Shown one piece after another: positions 40,948 to 54,311 of a DNA stretch of 64,000 nt. The stretch's first letter is position 1, and the number at the start of each line of letters is the position of its first letter. The DNA is from Eledone cirrhosa. Its lineage: Eukaryota. The DNA lies in the NCBI GenBank assembly GCA_964016885.1, contig OZ024753.1, positions 29,512,001-29,576,000 on the forward strand, written 5' to 3'. The notes beneath the pieces are model-generated. The model did not search any database, was not told the DNA's origin, and worked only from the letters and a program-made list of their open reading frames with translations. The position numbers and the translations under genes were made by a program.

Positions 40948-41829
40948 TGACTTGTCGACAGATATGTTTGTGCCAAGGAAATATGGAGATTACATCACAT
41001 TCGAACTTTAGCAAAATTCTTACTCATACTCTATCTTCGATCAAAACTGAAGCATTCTTTTTCAGCAATGATGTTTATATTCGTGTTATCTATAAGAAGC
41101 TTCATCGAGAGTAGAGGATACACTATCTCCAACATATACTAACCTTTCTCTCAAACAGAAAACAGAATAGCTATAAAAAGTAGAGTCGTTATGCTTTTCC
41201 AACGCAATACTAACTTCTATGGTCATTTTTTATAAGCTACCTTTCAGATATGTTTAACAAGACATAAATAATTCAGCTTAACCATAGATGTAAAGTCTGA
41301 GAAAGTAAAAGTATTACGAACCAAAATTGATAGGTACATCTCTTAGTCAGTCAATGAAGCCATACATTTGTGTATATCTGAACATTGAGAATGCTAATTA
41401 TATATGATACTCTTGAATTCAATCTATTTTAGATAAATCATCATTTAGCTTGTGTTCAAGTAACCACTACAAATGCTAATCAAAAATAAAATGCCTTAAT
41501 TATGTTTAATTATTCTCATGGTATTTATTTACTTCTCAATTTATCAAAGTGTCTTTAGTTATTGGTATTGTAATCACACCATTCTGATAGTGGTAGAACA
41601 CCAGAATTGAGAGGGCCTCTGGAAAAGGATTTGGCTTATTTAATTACGTTATCTGTGTTTTCATTTCGAGTCCAACCCAAACTAACTTTATTGTCACCAT
41701 TCCGGGAGGAAGAAAATGAGTACCAGTGATGAACTACGGTCGACTGAAATCGAGTATACGATTATACCTTCACCCCCAAAAGTCTTTGTTAGAAATCTAT
41801 ATTTATTTCTATTGTATATATATATTGAA

Positions 41830-42550
41830 CATCGATCCCTAGAATCCACCACATCCCAAGGATATTACCCAGAATTCCACCACATCCTCTACGGAACTAC
41901 CTTAAGGACTCACCCACTGACATACACTCAAAAAATATTTTTTCGCACACGCCACCTACATCCACAACACGCATAAACACCACACACACACACGTGCGTA
42001 CCACCACACATTTACACACTCAGCCTCCGGAATCCTCTCCCCCCACCCCTCTGACCCCTCCCCATCCACACATGCACACACACACACCGACCTACACCCC
42101 ACTCCACACACACCTCTTCCTGAACATGCAACCCCGTTCTTCCCCCAACTCTTACTTTCACATACACACACACACACACACGTACACCTACACACACACA
42201 CCACCTTCAGCCCTCCCCGCTTGGACACCCCACCTCCCCCTCTCCACTCCACCCGCCACCACCCCTACACGCCCCACACCCTTCCACCACCTGTTTTACT
42301 TCATGTTTATTTTTATTTTTATTATGCTTTTATATTTAATTTCATTTGTACCGTTTCCTCTCACCCCCTTGTTTCTATATGTCTCTCCACCACTCCCCTA
42401 CACACCCTTGGAACTCTCTTCCCACACACTTTTCACCTGAAGAAGGGCTTATGCCCGAAACCTCGTTCCCCACCACCACCCCACTCTCAAGAGCGTGAAA
42501 CTAATAAACCTTTGTTCGTACTGCCTCTCTGTTTTGTTCCCGTTCAATTT
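41830..42550 (+). mobile_element. PLE-like 3' fragment with hammerhead-like core
   Basis: CTGAAGA-A-GGGCTTATGCCC-GAAAC at 42437-42461, then AATAAA. Homologous minus copy at ~45060-45300. Bounded by (TA)n. Confidence 0.55.
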
Positions 42551-42555
42551 TTTAC

Positions 42556-43470
<915 letters not shown>

Positions 43471-43489
43471 AAGGCATCTGACTTGACAC

Positions 43490-43840
43490 GACATGGCATT
43501 TGAAATGTCATGTGACAGGCGTCCACTTAGAATTAGCTGGGACCGCTCCCAGAACAAATGAATCTGTCTTGGAAGAGATTGGTTCCAAACGAAAGTTGGT
43601 TGAAACAGTAAGGACGAGAAAACTTCAGTATCAGGGCCCAACATTTAACTACTCATATCCTTCAGAGACAAATAGAGGAAAAGGGCCAGGGGACGGCAGA
43701 AAAGGAGATAGACATATATTAAGCAATGAACAGGAAGGAGTTTGGCGGAATGTACGGCAATGGCAAGAGACAGGAAAAGATGGTGAGTGCTGGTCCATAA
43801 GTCGATGACCCCCGGCCCTCAGATATGGGGATGGGATGAA
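43490..43840 (+). mobile_element. RTE-clade LINE 3' fragment
   Basis: AFEM...LRISW / RTNESVLEEIGSKRKLVETVRTRKLQY, frameshifted. Confidence 0.65.
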
Positions 43841-44501
43841 GCTAGTATATATATCTAATATGGGAAATGGAATTTCTTATCTTCTACTACTACTCTCAAT
43901 GTCGTTATTCCTGTTGATTTTTCTTCAAGAAAAAGAACAAGAAAGAGAACAAAATTACAGCCGTGATCAAACGTATAAGACCAGACAACGATTTTATCAA
44001 AAATGAATGTAAAATGAAAATAGAATTTAATACTCATTTCAAAGCATCAATTGTATTAAAGACATATTTTCGGGCGTAACTTTGATTCATCTTTAAATTT
44101 ACTGTCAAACATAAAGATGTAGAATTAACTGCTTTGTTTAAAGATACAGCACCTCGACCTCAGTAGGATTGATTCTCATTAGAGTTCATAGAACGAATGC
44201 TGTTTGATTGTATTGCTATTCTTTCATATTAGAAATACTTTAATTTAGCATTCAGCAACAGATGATATCTTCACATTTTATTACAATAATCGTTCAATAA
44301 TATTTCTTACAATGAAAAGACCACCCGGTTTTAACTGATTCAGTGAATGTATTGTGTTCGTTTGCTTCACTATTTTCTTCTCTTTTCCTACTGATTGGAT
44401 ATGGTAATGCAGCTTTTATCAATATCTAATACTTCAGGCAGCATGTATGATTAAGAACTGATTAAAACCTCGTACCAGACTACATAATAATATCGGTAGA
44501 G

Positions 44502-44586
<85 letters not shown>

Positions 44587-44647
44587 ATATATATATACTT
44601 AGTCAGACAGACAGACAAATACATTACCGATATTATTATATAATCTG

Positions 44648-44837
44648 GGGCGGTGAATTGGCAGTATCGGTAGAGAGTCGGACGCCATGCTTTGCAGCAG
44701 TTACGTCCCTTTACGATCTGAGTTGAAATCCCGCCAAGGTTAACTTTGCCTTTCATCCTTACGGGGTCGATAAAATAAAGTACCAGTAATGTACTGGGTT
44801 ATTACTGGCCTTGTGCCAAAAGTAGAAACAATTATTA
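44648..44837 (+). mobile_element. tRNA-derived SINE (main family)
   Basis: Full head GGGCGGTGAATTGGCAGTATCGG through the tail. Confidence 0.9.
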
Positions 44838-44870
44838 TATAATCTGGTATGAGGTTTTAATCAGTTCTTA

Positions 44871-44930
<60 letters not shown>

Positions 44931-45367
44931 CACACACACACATATATATATATATATAGGAACGAGTAGGACCCCGACGGCTGAGCTCAAGCCGTTTCGA
45001 CGGCTAATATATATATATTGGAAAAGACGGCTATATATATATATTGGAAAAGTAAAAAACAAAATCAATAACAAGGAATGCAGTTACGAACAGTGTTGGT
45101 ATTAGGTTCACGCTTACGAGTGTGGGGTGGGGGACAACGTTTCGGGCATAAGCCTTTTATCAGGAGAAAGGTGGGAAGGAAAAGAGTTCCGAGAGGGTGT
45201 GAAGGGGAGTGGTAGAAAGACATTAAAATAAAGAGGAAAAAATTAAAATGAAGGAAAAAAAATGAAAATGAAACAAGTGGTGAAAGGGTGTGAGGCATGT
45301 ATATATATATATATATATATATAATAGGGAACAAAGAATCAGTATTGCATCATATACATAATTATTT

Positions 45368-45459
45368 ACCTATTACATATGTTTCACTGCCGATCAGCTC
45401 GAGGAACGATCGAATTGTGTTCGTGCCTGACTCTGGAATCGGAAGCTCCTCAGATATGT
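45368..45459 (-). ncRNA. Minimal hammerhead (long-stem-II family)
   Basis: Minus strand reads ACATAT-CTGAGGA-GCTTCCGAT...ATCGGCAGT-GAAAC-ATAT-GTA-ATAGGT. Confidence 0.78.
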
Positions 45460-45845
45460 GTTCTCACATGTAGACTCACGTCCAAAAACAATTTTTGTTC
45501 CCTATTCATTATCATTCTTTCTTCCCTATTTATTATCATTGACACTCAGCTCCCCAAGTGCGCTAAGCACGCCAAAGTATACGATAAAGTTATATCTGTA
45601 TACATACAGAGTGGGTAACCGAGATTGCTCCAGTGTATTCATAGATATATACACTTTTAGTATGTAGACATGTAAACATGCCAGAAAATGCGAATTTCCC
45701 TGTAAATTGAAAAGGTGATAAACACCTTTAACCAATTTTAGGATCTAAAGCGCTATCCAAGGTTTCAAGGCCTCCAGAATACAAGAGGCATCAAAATAGT
45801 GACCTTTCTTCTGGTACTTATACGAGTTTATATTTTTATATATGT

Positions 45846-45914
<69 letters not shown>

Positions 45915-46231
45915 GAATATACAAGAGAGATATACACAAATATAAACATACATGTGTTCCTATAACTGTCTAGGTGTTTCAGACAGTTCCCCAATATAGG
46001 TTTGTTTTTCTTTTTCTTGATTTATTACTTTAAATTAAGTCTGGCAAACCATATTGTTATAGTTAGTATTTGTTTCACCCTAGTGAACCTGGTCCTTTAC
46101 AATTCGAACACATGTATGTTTATATTGTGTTTATTCTCTCTTGTATATTCAATTATATTACACGGCTCAGAAAAACTTCTTTCTTGGGGCTATTTAATTG
46201 TAAGAGACTATTTTGAGTTTCTAACTCAATA

Positions 46232-46289
<58 letters not shown>

Positions 46290-47236
46290 GAGAGGTATAG
46301 AGATTGTTTTAGCGAGAAGCTAATAGTATTCTATAACATATATATATATATAATACAGAGAGAGAGGGGGTGAGTAGAAGGGAAAGAGAGTTTATGAGTT
46401 CAGATATCTGGCTTCAAGGTTTTCATCAGAATAATTTTAGAAATAGAATATGTTTCGTATAATGGAGATGATCATTCGGGAATTCGATTCAAAAGTACTC
46501 AATTCTTTCAAAATATCTTCGTCTAATGTATAATTCTGTCAATTATTATTGGAAAGTGTGTTGGAATTGAGATAAAATCCTATCAAAATGTTGTTATGAC
46601 ACATTGACAACGGAATATATAAGGCTACAGAATACGCATTCTATAATCTCCATATTTGATGTAGGTTAATGTTGGATGCAACAAGGCTCTTAATAAAGTT
46701 CTTTGTTAACATATAGCCACGCAATTACTCATTCTCTTTACCATTTGATGATAACTAAAGAAATCTCTCGAAAACAATACTTTATAGAGCAGCATGAATA
46801 ATAGAAATTCGTTGGGATTCGATTTTGCTCGTTGGATCAAAGTCTGTAAAGAGATTAACAGCTAAAAGCTAACATTGTTTAGGGAATTTCTTAATAATAC
46901 ATTAGAATATATATTAAGCATCGAGTCCAAGATAAAATTCATGAGATTCGTAAATCATATTGTACATTTGTATTGCTGTACTTTGTTACTAGAATTCATT
47001 TCCATGTTTGCATATCACGATGGTTGTCTCATTTGGGAAATTAAAACAAAACAGTTATTGAAGCGAAAGGGTATAGGCAATTGTTGTTTATATTTTACCG
47101 ACCTTGAAGTAATAAAACCCTAACTAGCTAAATGCAATAATTTATGTACGCCATCAAAAACTGCTTTTTTGCATCTAATTACAATTCGACAATCTCATGT
47201 TTCTCTCGCACTTTTCCGTCCCTTCATTCACTTTCA

Positions 47237-47342
<106 letters not shown>

Positions 47343-47343
47343 G

Positions 47344-47381
<38 letters not shown>

Positions 47382-47393
47382 CAATATATATAT

Positions 47394-47423
<30 letters not shown>

Positions 47424-47425
<2 letters not shown>

Positions 47426-47496
47426 AGAGTGTCCCAAAAATTGTATACACACTTCAACAGCATTCTAATAAATAGTGTACACATTTTTTGGACATC

Positions 47497-47501
<5 letters not shown>
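47424..47501. mobile_element. Tiny Tc1/mariner-like MITE
   Basis: GAGTGTCCCAAAAATTGTATACAC versus GTGTACACATTTTTTGGACATCCTG|TA, resembling CAGGGTGTCCCAAAA-type TIRs, in a TA context. Confidence 0.6.
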
Positions 47502-47542
<41 letters not shown>

Positions 47543-47577
47543 CGTATAATAGTTTTATTTGAAGCAGGTATTGATTG

Positions 47578-47629
<52 letters not shown>

Positions 47630-48839
47630 ATCAATACCTGCTTCAAATAAAACTATTATACGCTTCACAATCATTTAACTGTTATTCTTCACAAGCATGT
47701 CTCCCATAAATTACTTCTCTAAACAATTCTCTTTACCTACGCTAACCACGATATATTCTTGTGTAATTACATAGAGTCTTTATCATCTTAATTCAGAAAA
47801 AAACAGTAAAACCTCGGCCTATGTTGTTATAATATACCTGAAACGTGTTCTGAATAATAAAAGTTTTATTGTAAAAAAAAATGCAAGCGCCTTTTGTGGT
47901 AATAAAAACGGAAGCGGAAGGAACAGCAGGAGTTCTAGGGTCGCAGAAGAATTGGAGGGGGAAGAAGGGAGGGAAAGGTGATGGGCTGTAATGAAATAGT
48001 GTTAACTATTGACTAATATCTGGGGTTTTTTACTGTTTATTTTTGCTAAACAGCTTCTTCATACTCCCTGTATGGAATGTTTTAACTCTCAGTACCAATA
48101 ACACGAATGTGTGTGGTGTGTGTTTGTTTGTGTGTGTTCTGTGTGTGTTCTGTGTGTGTGTGTTTGTCTGTGTCTGTGTATGTGTGTGTTTGTGTGTGTG
48201 TGTGTATGTTTGTCTGTGTCTGTGTGTGTTCTGCGTGTGTGTGTGTGAGTTGTCTGTATGTGTGTGTGTATTTGTCTGTGTCTCTCTCTCTCTCTCTCTG
48301 TATGTGTTCTATGCTTGTGAGTGTTCTCTGTGTGTGTCTCTGTGTGTGTTCTCTGTGTGTACTCTGTGTGTTCTCTGTGTGTTCAGTGTGTGTATTATGT
48401 GTTTTCTGTCTGTGTTCTCTGTATGTAAATTTTCTTTAGTAAATTTTCGTGATTTGAAATTCAGACTGGAGCACGTCCATTACAATTCCGTAACTGAATC
48501 ACTTTCTAAATTCATAAGCATTAAAACGTTCCAAATCAACAAGAAAGCCTCTATAATTTTATTATAAACATTTCCTTCCAGCCAAGTAGAAAAATAAATA
48601 TTTCCATGTCTTTTGGGCGCTTTAGTGTAATTTATTTGGCGGAGAGCGTGTATACGTAGTTTTATTCCTAGGTTGTTGTCAATTTACGCTATTTCTATCA
48701 TTAATGCTTTTAAGGAAAAAAAGCACGAAAATCACTCTTCTCATATTCAGTCAATATAAACGCATATATAAACGCATACAATAAGGAACACACTCTATAG
48801 CAATATTTCTCTTATCCTTCAAAATCTTACATATATATA

Positions 48840-48998
48840 TATACGAGCTCAGGACCCCGACGGCTGAGCTCCGGCCGTTTCGACAACTAGATCCGAATGT
48901 GGATCTAGCCGTCGGGGTCCTTGACTCTTTTCCTATTACCCAAAGTATCGAGTGCTCTGGTGCGTTATGGTCCACCTGGTTTCTTACCACACTTTCTT

Positions 48999-49005
<7 letters not shown>
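48840..49005. mobile_element. Fold-back fragment of the 5339 family between (TA)n
   Basis: AGGACCCCGACGGCT...AGCCGTCGGGGTCCT plus the shared tail. Confidence 0.65.
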
Positions 49006-49038
<33 letters not shown>

Positions 49039-49088
49039 TGGGTGCCTCACAATTCAGCAACAGTTGGACGTGAGTCTACAAGTGAAAG

Positions 49089-49181
49089 CACATATCTGAG
49101 GAGCTTTCGGTTCCAGAGTCAGGAAAGAACATAATCAATTGTTCTTCGAGCTGATCGGCAGTGAAACATATGTAATATGTG
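49089..49181 (+). ncRNA. Minimal hammerhead (long-stem-II family), best-preserved copy
   Basis: CACATAT-CTGAGGA-GCT...AGT-GAAAC-ATAT-GTA-ATATGTG. Perfect 7-bp stem I and palindromic stem III ACATATGT. Confidence 0.85.
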
Positions 49182-49841
49182 ATAAATATGTATATGATGC
49201 AACACTGATTCTATCGAGGGAGGCACAACTATTTTTACATTACAGATATGAAGGAGAGTTTAATATTTATGATTTTGTCTTATATGCGCCGACATAACTA
49301 ATGTATCTTCTCCTTCCTTTCTGCCGGAACCACGAAGTAGACTGACCCTTAAGTTTCATTTACGACAGTGGTGGCATAAGGAATAAATTTACTTAAGCTT
49401 AGATCTCTGATAGAAAAGCAAACTAATATGAAATGACTTCAAATAAGAATTAATGAGGAAGAGAAGAAGAGAAAGAGATACGTATGTAATTAAAAACATG
49501 CTGCTCTAAAATATTGTGCCATATCCATAAACAAAAAAAAAAACTGAATAAAACAGATATGATTGACTGATAAAAATATTTGCCTTAAAAGACAAAGAAG
49601 TGGAGGTGATTACAGTCACGTGAAAAGATACCAAACATTCACATTGAAGGGAATGACAAACAACTGAGTGTATGGTAGAGTCAGTTTCTATATTTTGTTC
49701 GTAAAGACTCCTAAAGGGTTTACTGTACAGCGGAATATTGAATGCGTATTCATTTTTCTAAAATGGTGTTATTGGGGTTGCCTCGATAAATAAAGCATCA
49801 GTAATGCACTGGGGTCGATTTAATCGATTTAATCGACTCCA

Positions 49842-49947
<106 letters not shown>

Positions 49948-50007
49948 ACACACAAATTGTTGGCCTTCTGTCTAAATCCGAAATCATTAGTTAAGATGAC
50001 AAGGGTC

Positions 50008-50232
50008 GTGGATTGGCTGTATCGGTAGAGGGTCGGACACCATGCTTTGCAGCATAGAGTTACGGTCCTTGACAGTCAGAGTTCAAATCCCGCCGAGGTT
50101 AACCTTGCCTTTCATCCTTACGGGGTCGATAAAATAAAGAACCAGTAACGTACTGGGGTCGATTTAATCGACTTCCCCCCCCCCCCCCCTCCCCCAATTA
50201 CTGGCCTTGTGCCTATACTAGAAATCATTATT
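50008..50232 (+). mobile_element. tRNA-derived SINE (main family)
   Basis: Head, core and tail present. Confidence 0.88.
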
Positions 50233-50954
50233 TAAGATGACATAGTGTAATAGAGAAATACTTGGCTGATATTTATAACAGGATGAACATCCATTGCAGA
50301 GAGGCTAGGTTTTTGAAGTTCGGTGTTTACAGATTTCAGTGGCGATTTTTTTTTTTTCTTTTTCTACATTGAACATATTGTCTTACATAAATTGAAATAT
50401 ACCATATGCTGTGTAAATAAGTCATATTTGTATTGCTAAATATATAGAAACAGTTGGGAATTATACAGCTGTCGTCACTTTGACATATATCTGAATGTCT
50501 TTAATTGTAAATATATATAGTAAATATAAACAAGTATGTAAAACTGCTGTTGGTTGTTTATCCGCTCATCACAAGCAAAAATACAAGCGAAAATATTTCA
50601 CGAAGATAATAATTATTTATGTTGAAAGTGTCTTTCAAATATACAATCATATTCCTCACCAACAAACATGTAAACATATGCACAACTCAAAAGGCGCATA
50701 ATAAGTATGCACATATGTACGTAAATCTAGACATCTAACCACTCTATGCATATGTGTATGTGTGTGTGTGTATGTGTGTGTGTGTGTGCGCGCGTGTGCG
50801 TGCGTGTGTGTGTGCGTTGGATGTTATTTGAAACACACGGAAGACTAAATTTAAATGTGTAATCCAGAGGGAATATATTTTATTAGGGTTTTTAGCTGAA
50901 CTGCGAATTCGCGAAGCTAAAACCCCATATATATATATGTATATGTTCTCACGG

Positions 50955-51135
50955 ACAGTCAAATCCAGAGTCACCAAGCAAGAGCTGTATGGGGGACTAG
51001 TAGATGGGAAAAGGGAGCATAGGACATCCTAAGCTGCGCTTCAAGGACCAATGTTAAACTACCCTGAAAGAGTTCTGCACTGATGACGAGAACTGGCACG
51101 AGACAGCAAAGGATCGTGGTAACTGGAGATCACAT
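50955..51135 (+). mobile_element. RTE-clade LINE 3' fragment
   Basis: KQELYGGLVDGKR / GHPKLRFKDQC*...WHETAKDRGNWRS. Confidence 0.65.
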
Positions 51136-51963
51136 GAAAATTGTGCAACCAACATGCTGTTGGTCAACTTCTGGAGTCGATAAATTAAAATATCTGTCAT
51201 GTATTAGGGTCGATGTAATCGACTTTTCTTTCCCTATTAATTAATGACCTTGTGCTTAAATTAGAAATCATTATCTAGAGATTACATATTTAGACTCTTG
51301 CATAAGGAATATTTAAATTACATAAAAAATGTTTATAGTTCTTTTATATTGTTCTTTATAAATACATAGTATTTATGTTAATAATCTTCCATATATATTT
51401 CAGAGTGTGCCAACTCAAGCTAAAGAAATAATACCGTAAAAAACATATATTCCAGTGATGTTAATACTCCCAATCTAACCAAACGGTGAGTGTTGTTTTG
51501 GGAAATTGCCCGAATATTACAAAGCAAATTGCCATCATTTTTTTAACGTGTTACAAAATTGAATATTTAACAATATAAAAACCTCCAGATTTATAGATCG
51601 GTATTGAAAACGGTTAACCAACAAGATTTTCTCAAAGTTTTAGCGAAGTATATGTGGAATAATTACGTTTGGTGGTCACACCTATAATGTACCAGTATTT
51701 TAGCGTACTTGACTTTTGATACAATCTTAAGAAAATAGTGAAAATTGTCATTGTCCTTGTGTTGAAAAGTTCAGAAGACCAATTCTTTTTTACTTATTCG
51801 GATGTTATATTCCCTGGTTGCTCGTTCTTTTTTTATAAATTCCATCATAAGATAGATATATTTTCATTTATCCCTACGTATTTGTAGCAGCCCTTGTCAG
51901 ATACTTGTGAAACAATCAGTCCATTGATAGAGATATTGCTAGATTGATATATATTTCACCATC

Positions 51964-52022
<59 letters not shown>

Positions 52023-52032
52023 GTAACAATGA

Positions 52033-54291
52033 AACTCTTAAGGGGCAAGCCAAAAAACTAACCAACTGGAAATCACCAGGCCCAGATGGTGTGCAGGGGT
52101 ATTGGATTAAACATTTAACATCCCTCCACCCGAAGCTGACGGCCATGTTCAATGACTGCTTGGTGTCGGGTGAGGTGCCAGAGTGGTTGACAAAAGGTAC
52201 CACAGTTCTGATAATGAAAGACCGAATCAAGGGTAATGATGTTACCAACTATAGACCTATCACATGTCTGCCCGTAATGTGGAAACTGTTGACGAGCATT
52301 GTGTCTGAGGAAATCTACCATCACCTCCACACAAACAACTTGTTGCCGGACGAACAGAAAGGATGCCGAAAGAAGTCACGTGGTACAAAGGACCAGTTGC
52401 TTATTGATAAGATGGTAATGGGGAATTGCAGGAGGAGACACACTGATCTTGCCATGGGATGGATAGACTACAGAAAGGCATTTGACATGGTGCCTCATTC
52501 CTGGATCACCAAAAGCCTGGAGATCTTCAGGGTGGCAGATAACATCAGACAGTTGCTGGGCAGGAGTATGGGGTCCTGGGAGACAGAGTTGACACCAACT
52601 GGAGTATCCTTGGGAAGCGTGAAGATCAAGAGAGGTATCTTCCAGGGAGATAGCCTGTCCCCTCTGTTGTTTGTCCTTGCCCTGATGCCCTTGACCATTA
52701 TGCTGCGAAAAGTGAGAGCAGGATACAAGTTGGGAAGGGGAGAGCTTACCATCAATCACCTCCTCTTCATGGACGATCTTAAGCTCTTCGGGAAAAGTGA
52801 GAAGGAGTTGGATGTGCTTGTTGACACTGTCCGTATTTTCAGCAGTGATATATGTATGCAGTTTGGTATTGGTAAATGTGGAGTCATTGTGATGAGGAGG
52901 GGTAGGTTGAGCAGAAGTAACGGGATCCAGATACCAACAGGTGAGATGATAAAGGAAATTGACTCTGAGGAAGGATACAAGTATTTGGGCGTTCTGGAGG
53001 CTGATGGCATAAAGAACAAAAAAATGAAGGAATTGTTAAGAACTGAATACATTCGGAGAGTAAGGAGCGTATTGAAGTCACATCTGAACAGCAGAAATGC
53101 CATAAGCGCAGTAAATTCCCGAGCTGTGTCTATTATTAGGTACAGTGCGGGAATTCTGAGATGGAATGTTGCTGAACAAAAAGAAATGGATAGGAAGACT
53201 AGGAAGCTATTGACTATCTACAACATGTTCCACAAGAGGAGTGATGTCGATAGACTCTACCTAAGGAGATCTGAGGGTGGAAGAGGTCTTATCAGCATAG
53301 AGGACTGTGTTCAGATGGAGAAAAACAACCTATACAAATACGTGACCTATAGTAAGGAGCCAATGCTCAGAGCTGTACTGAAGGAGGGGACAGTAGGCCA
53401 GGGGATATCCAAGGAGGAAATAACATCAAGGAGGAAGAGCAGCCTTAAGGGAAAATCCCTTCATAGTACCTTCTTTGAGAAAACTGAATTTAGAGATCCA
53501 CAGACATGGAACTGGTTGAGAAGAGGAGACCTCAAAAAGGCTACAGAAGGAATGCTAATGGCTGCGCAGGAGCAGGCCCTCAAAACGAAGTGGTTGAAGC
53601 ACCATATCTACAAGGAGGAGGCTAGCCCACTGTGCAGGATCTGTGGAGAGAGAGAGGAGACTGTGGCTCACATTGTGTCCGAGTGTAAACACCTAGCCCA
53701 GACCCACTATAAGGGCTGGAGACACGATGTGATGGGAAGGGTGATCCACTGGCACCTATGCAAAGTAAACAATCTACCACATTCTGAGAAATGGTATGAG
53801 CATAGGCCAGAGGCGGTGATGGAGAACAGTCAGGTGAAGGTGCTGTGGGATTTTAGGATACAGACGGACAAAAAACTGGAACACAATAGACCTGACCTGG
53901 TGGTTGTGGACAAAGAAAAAAGATCGTGCCTGATTGTGGATGTGGCCTGCCCGTTCGACACGAGAGTGCAAGAGAAGGAGAGGGAGAAAATTAACCGATA
54001 CCAGGACCTAAAGTGGGAGGTGAAAAGGATTTGGAACTGCCATGAAGTCAAAGTGATCCCGATTGTCATAGGCGCACTGGGGACTATCTCCAAAGGTTTC
54101 CAGGGATGGTTAAAGAAAATCGGCCCCTTCACGCTTTTTGGAACGCTTCAAAAGGCATGCTTGCTTGGAACGGCAAGAACCCTCCGATACGTCCTGAATA
54201 TCTGAGGCTGCAGGTAGTGGCTTGATATTCAATCCAACGGACTTTCCAGTTAACCAACATCAATGACTGAGATTCAAGGAATAACAATAAC
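52033..54291 (+). mobile_element. Dong/R4-like RLE retrotransposon, family D, 5'-truncated, in (TAA)n with a 17-bp TSD
   Basis: AATAATAGTAACAATGA at 52016-52032 and 54292-54308. Confidence 0.93.
52034..54205 (+). CDS. RT plus restriction-like endonuclease, uninterrupted ~720 codons, N-terminus missing
   Basis: Motifs KSPGPDG, NYRPITCL, WIDYRKAFDMVPH, GIFQGDSLSP, LFMDDLKLF, CRIC..H...C, RHD and RPDLVVVD..VDVACP. The poly-N start in the ORF track is the target repeat. Confidence 0.9.
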   Translation, partial: TLKGQAKKLTNWKSPGPDGVQGYWIKHLTSLHPKLTAMFNDCLVSGEVPEWLTKGTTVLIMKDRIKGNDVTNYRPITCLPVMWKLLTSIVSEEIYHHLHTNNLLPDEQKGCRKKSRGTKDQLLIDKMVMGNCRRRHTDLAMGWIDYRKAFDMVPHSWITKSLEIFRVADNIRQLLGRSMGSWETELTPTGVSLGSVKIKRGIFQGDSLSPLLFVLALMPLTIMLRKVRAGYKLGRGELTINHLLFMDDLKLFGKSEKELDVLVDTVRIFSSDICMQFGIGKCGVIVMRRGRLSRSNGIQIPTGEMIKEIDSEEGYKYLGVLEADGIKNKKMKELLRTEYIRRVRSVLKSHLNSRNAISAVNSRAVSIIRYSAGILRWNVAEQKEMDRKTRKLLTIYNMFHKRSDVDRLYLRRSEGGRGLISIEDCVQMEKNNLYKYVTYSKEPMLRAVLKEGTVGQGISKEEITSRRKSSLKGKSLHSTFFEKTEFRDPQTWNWLRRGDLKKATEGMLMAAQEQALKTKWLKHHIYKEEASPLCRICGEREETVAHIVSECKHLAQTHYKGWRHDVMGRVIHWHLCKVNNLPHSEKWYEHRPEAVMENSQVKVLWDFRIQTDKKLEHNRPDLVVVDKEKRSCLIVDVACPFDTRVQEKEREKINRYQDLKWEVKRIWNCHEVKVIPIVIGALGTISKGFQGWLKKIGPFTLFGTLQKACLLGTARTLRYVLNI

Positions 54292-54311
54292 AATAATAGT
54301 AACAATGATAA

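Noticed and set aside
45755-45805. Further hammerhead-like remnants (also ~2380-2445, ~13840-13900, ~47780-47860)
   Set aside because: The cores are too decayed to call.
51404-51485. 82-bp exon with TTTCAG acceptor and GTGAGT donor
   Set aside because: Stops in all three frames. It can only be non-coding or chance.
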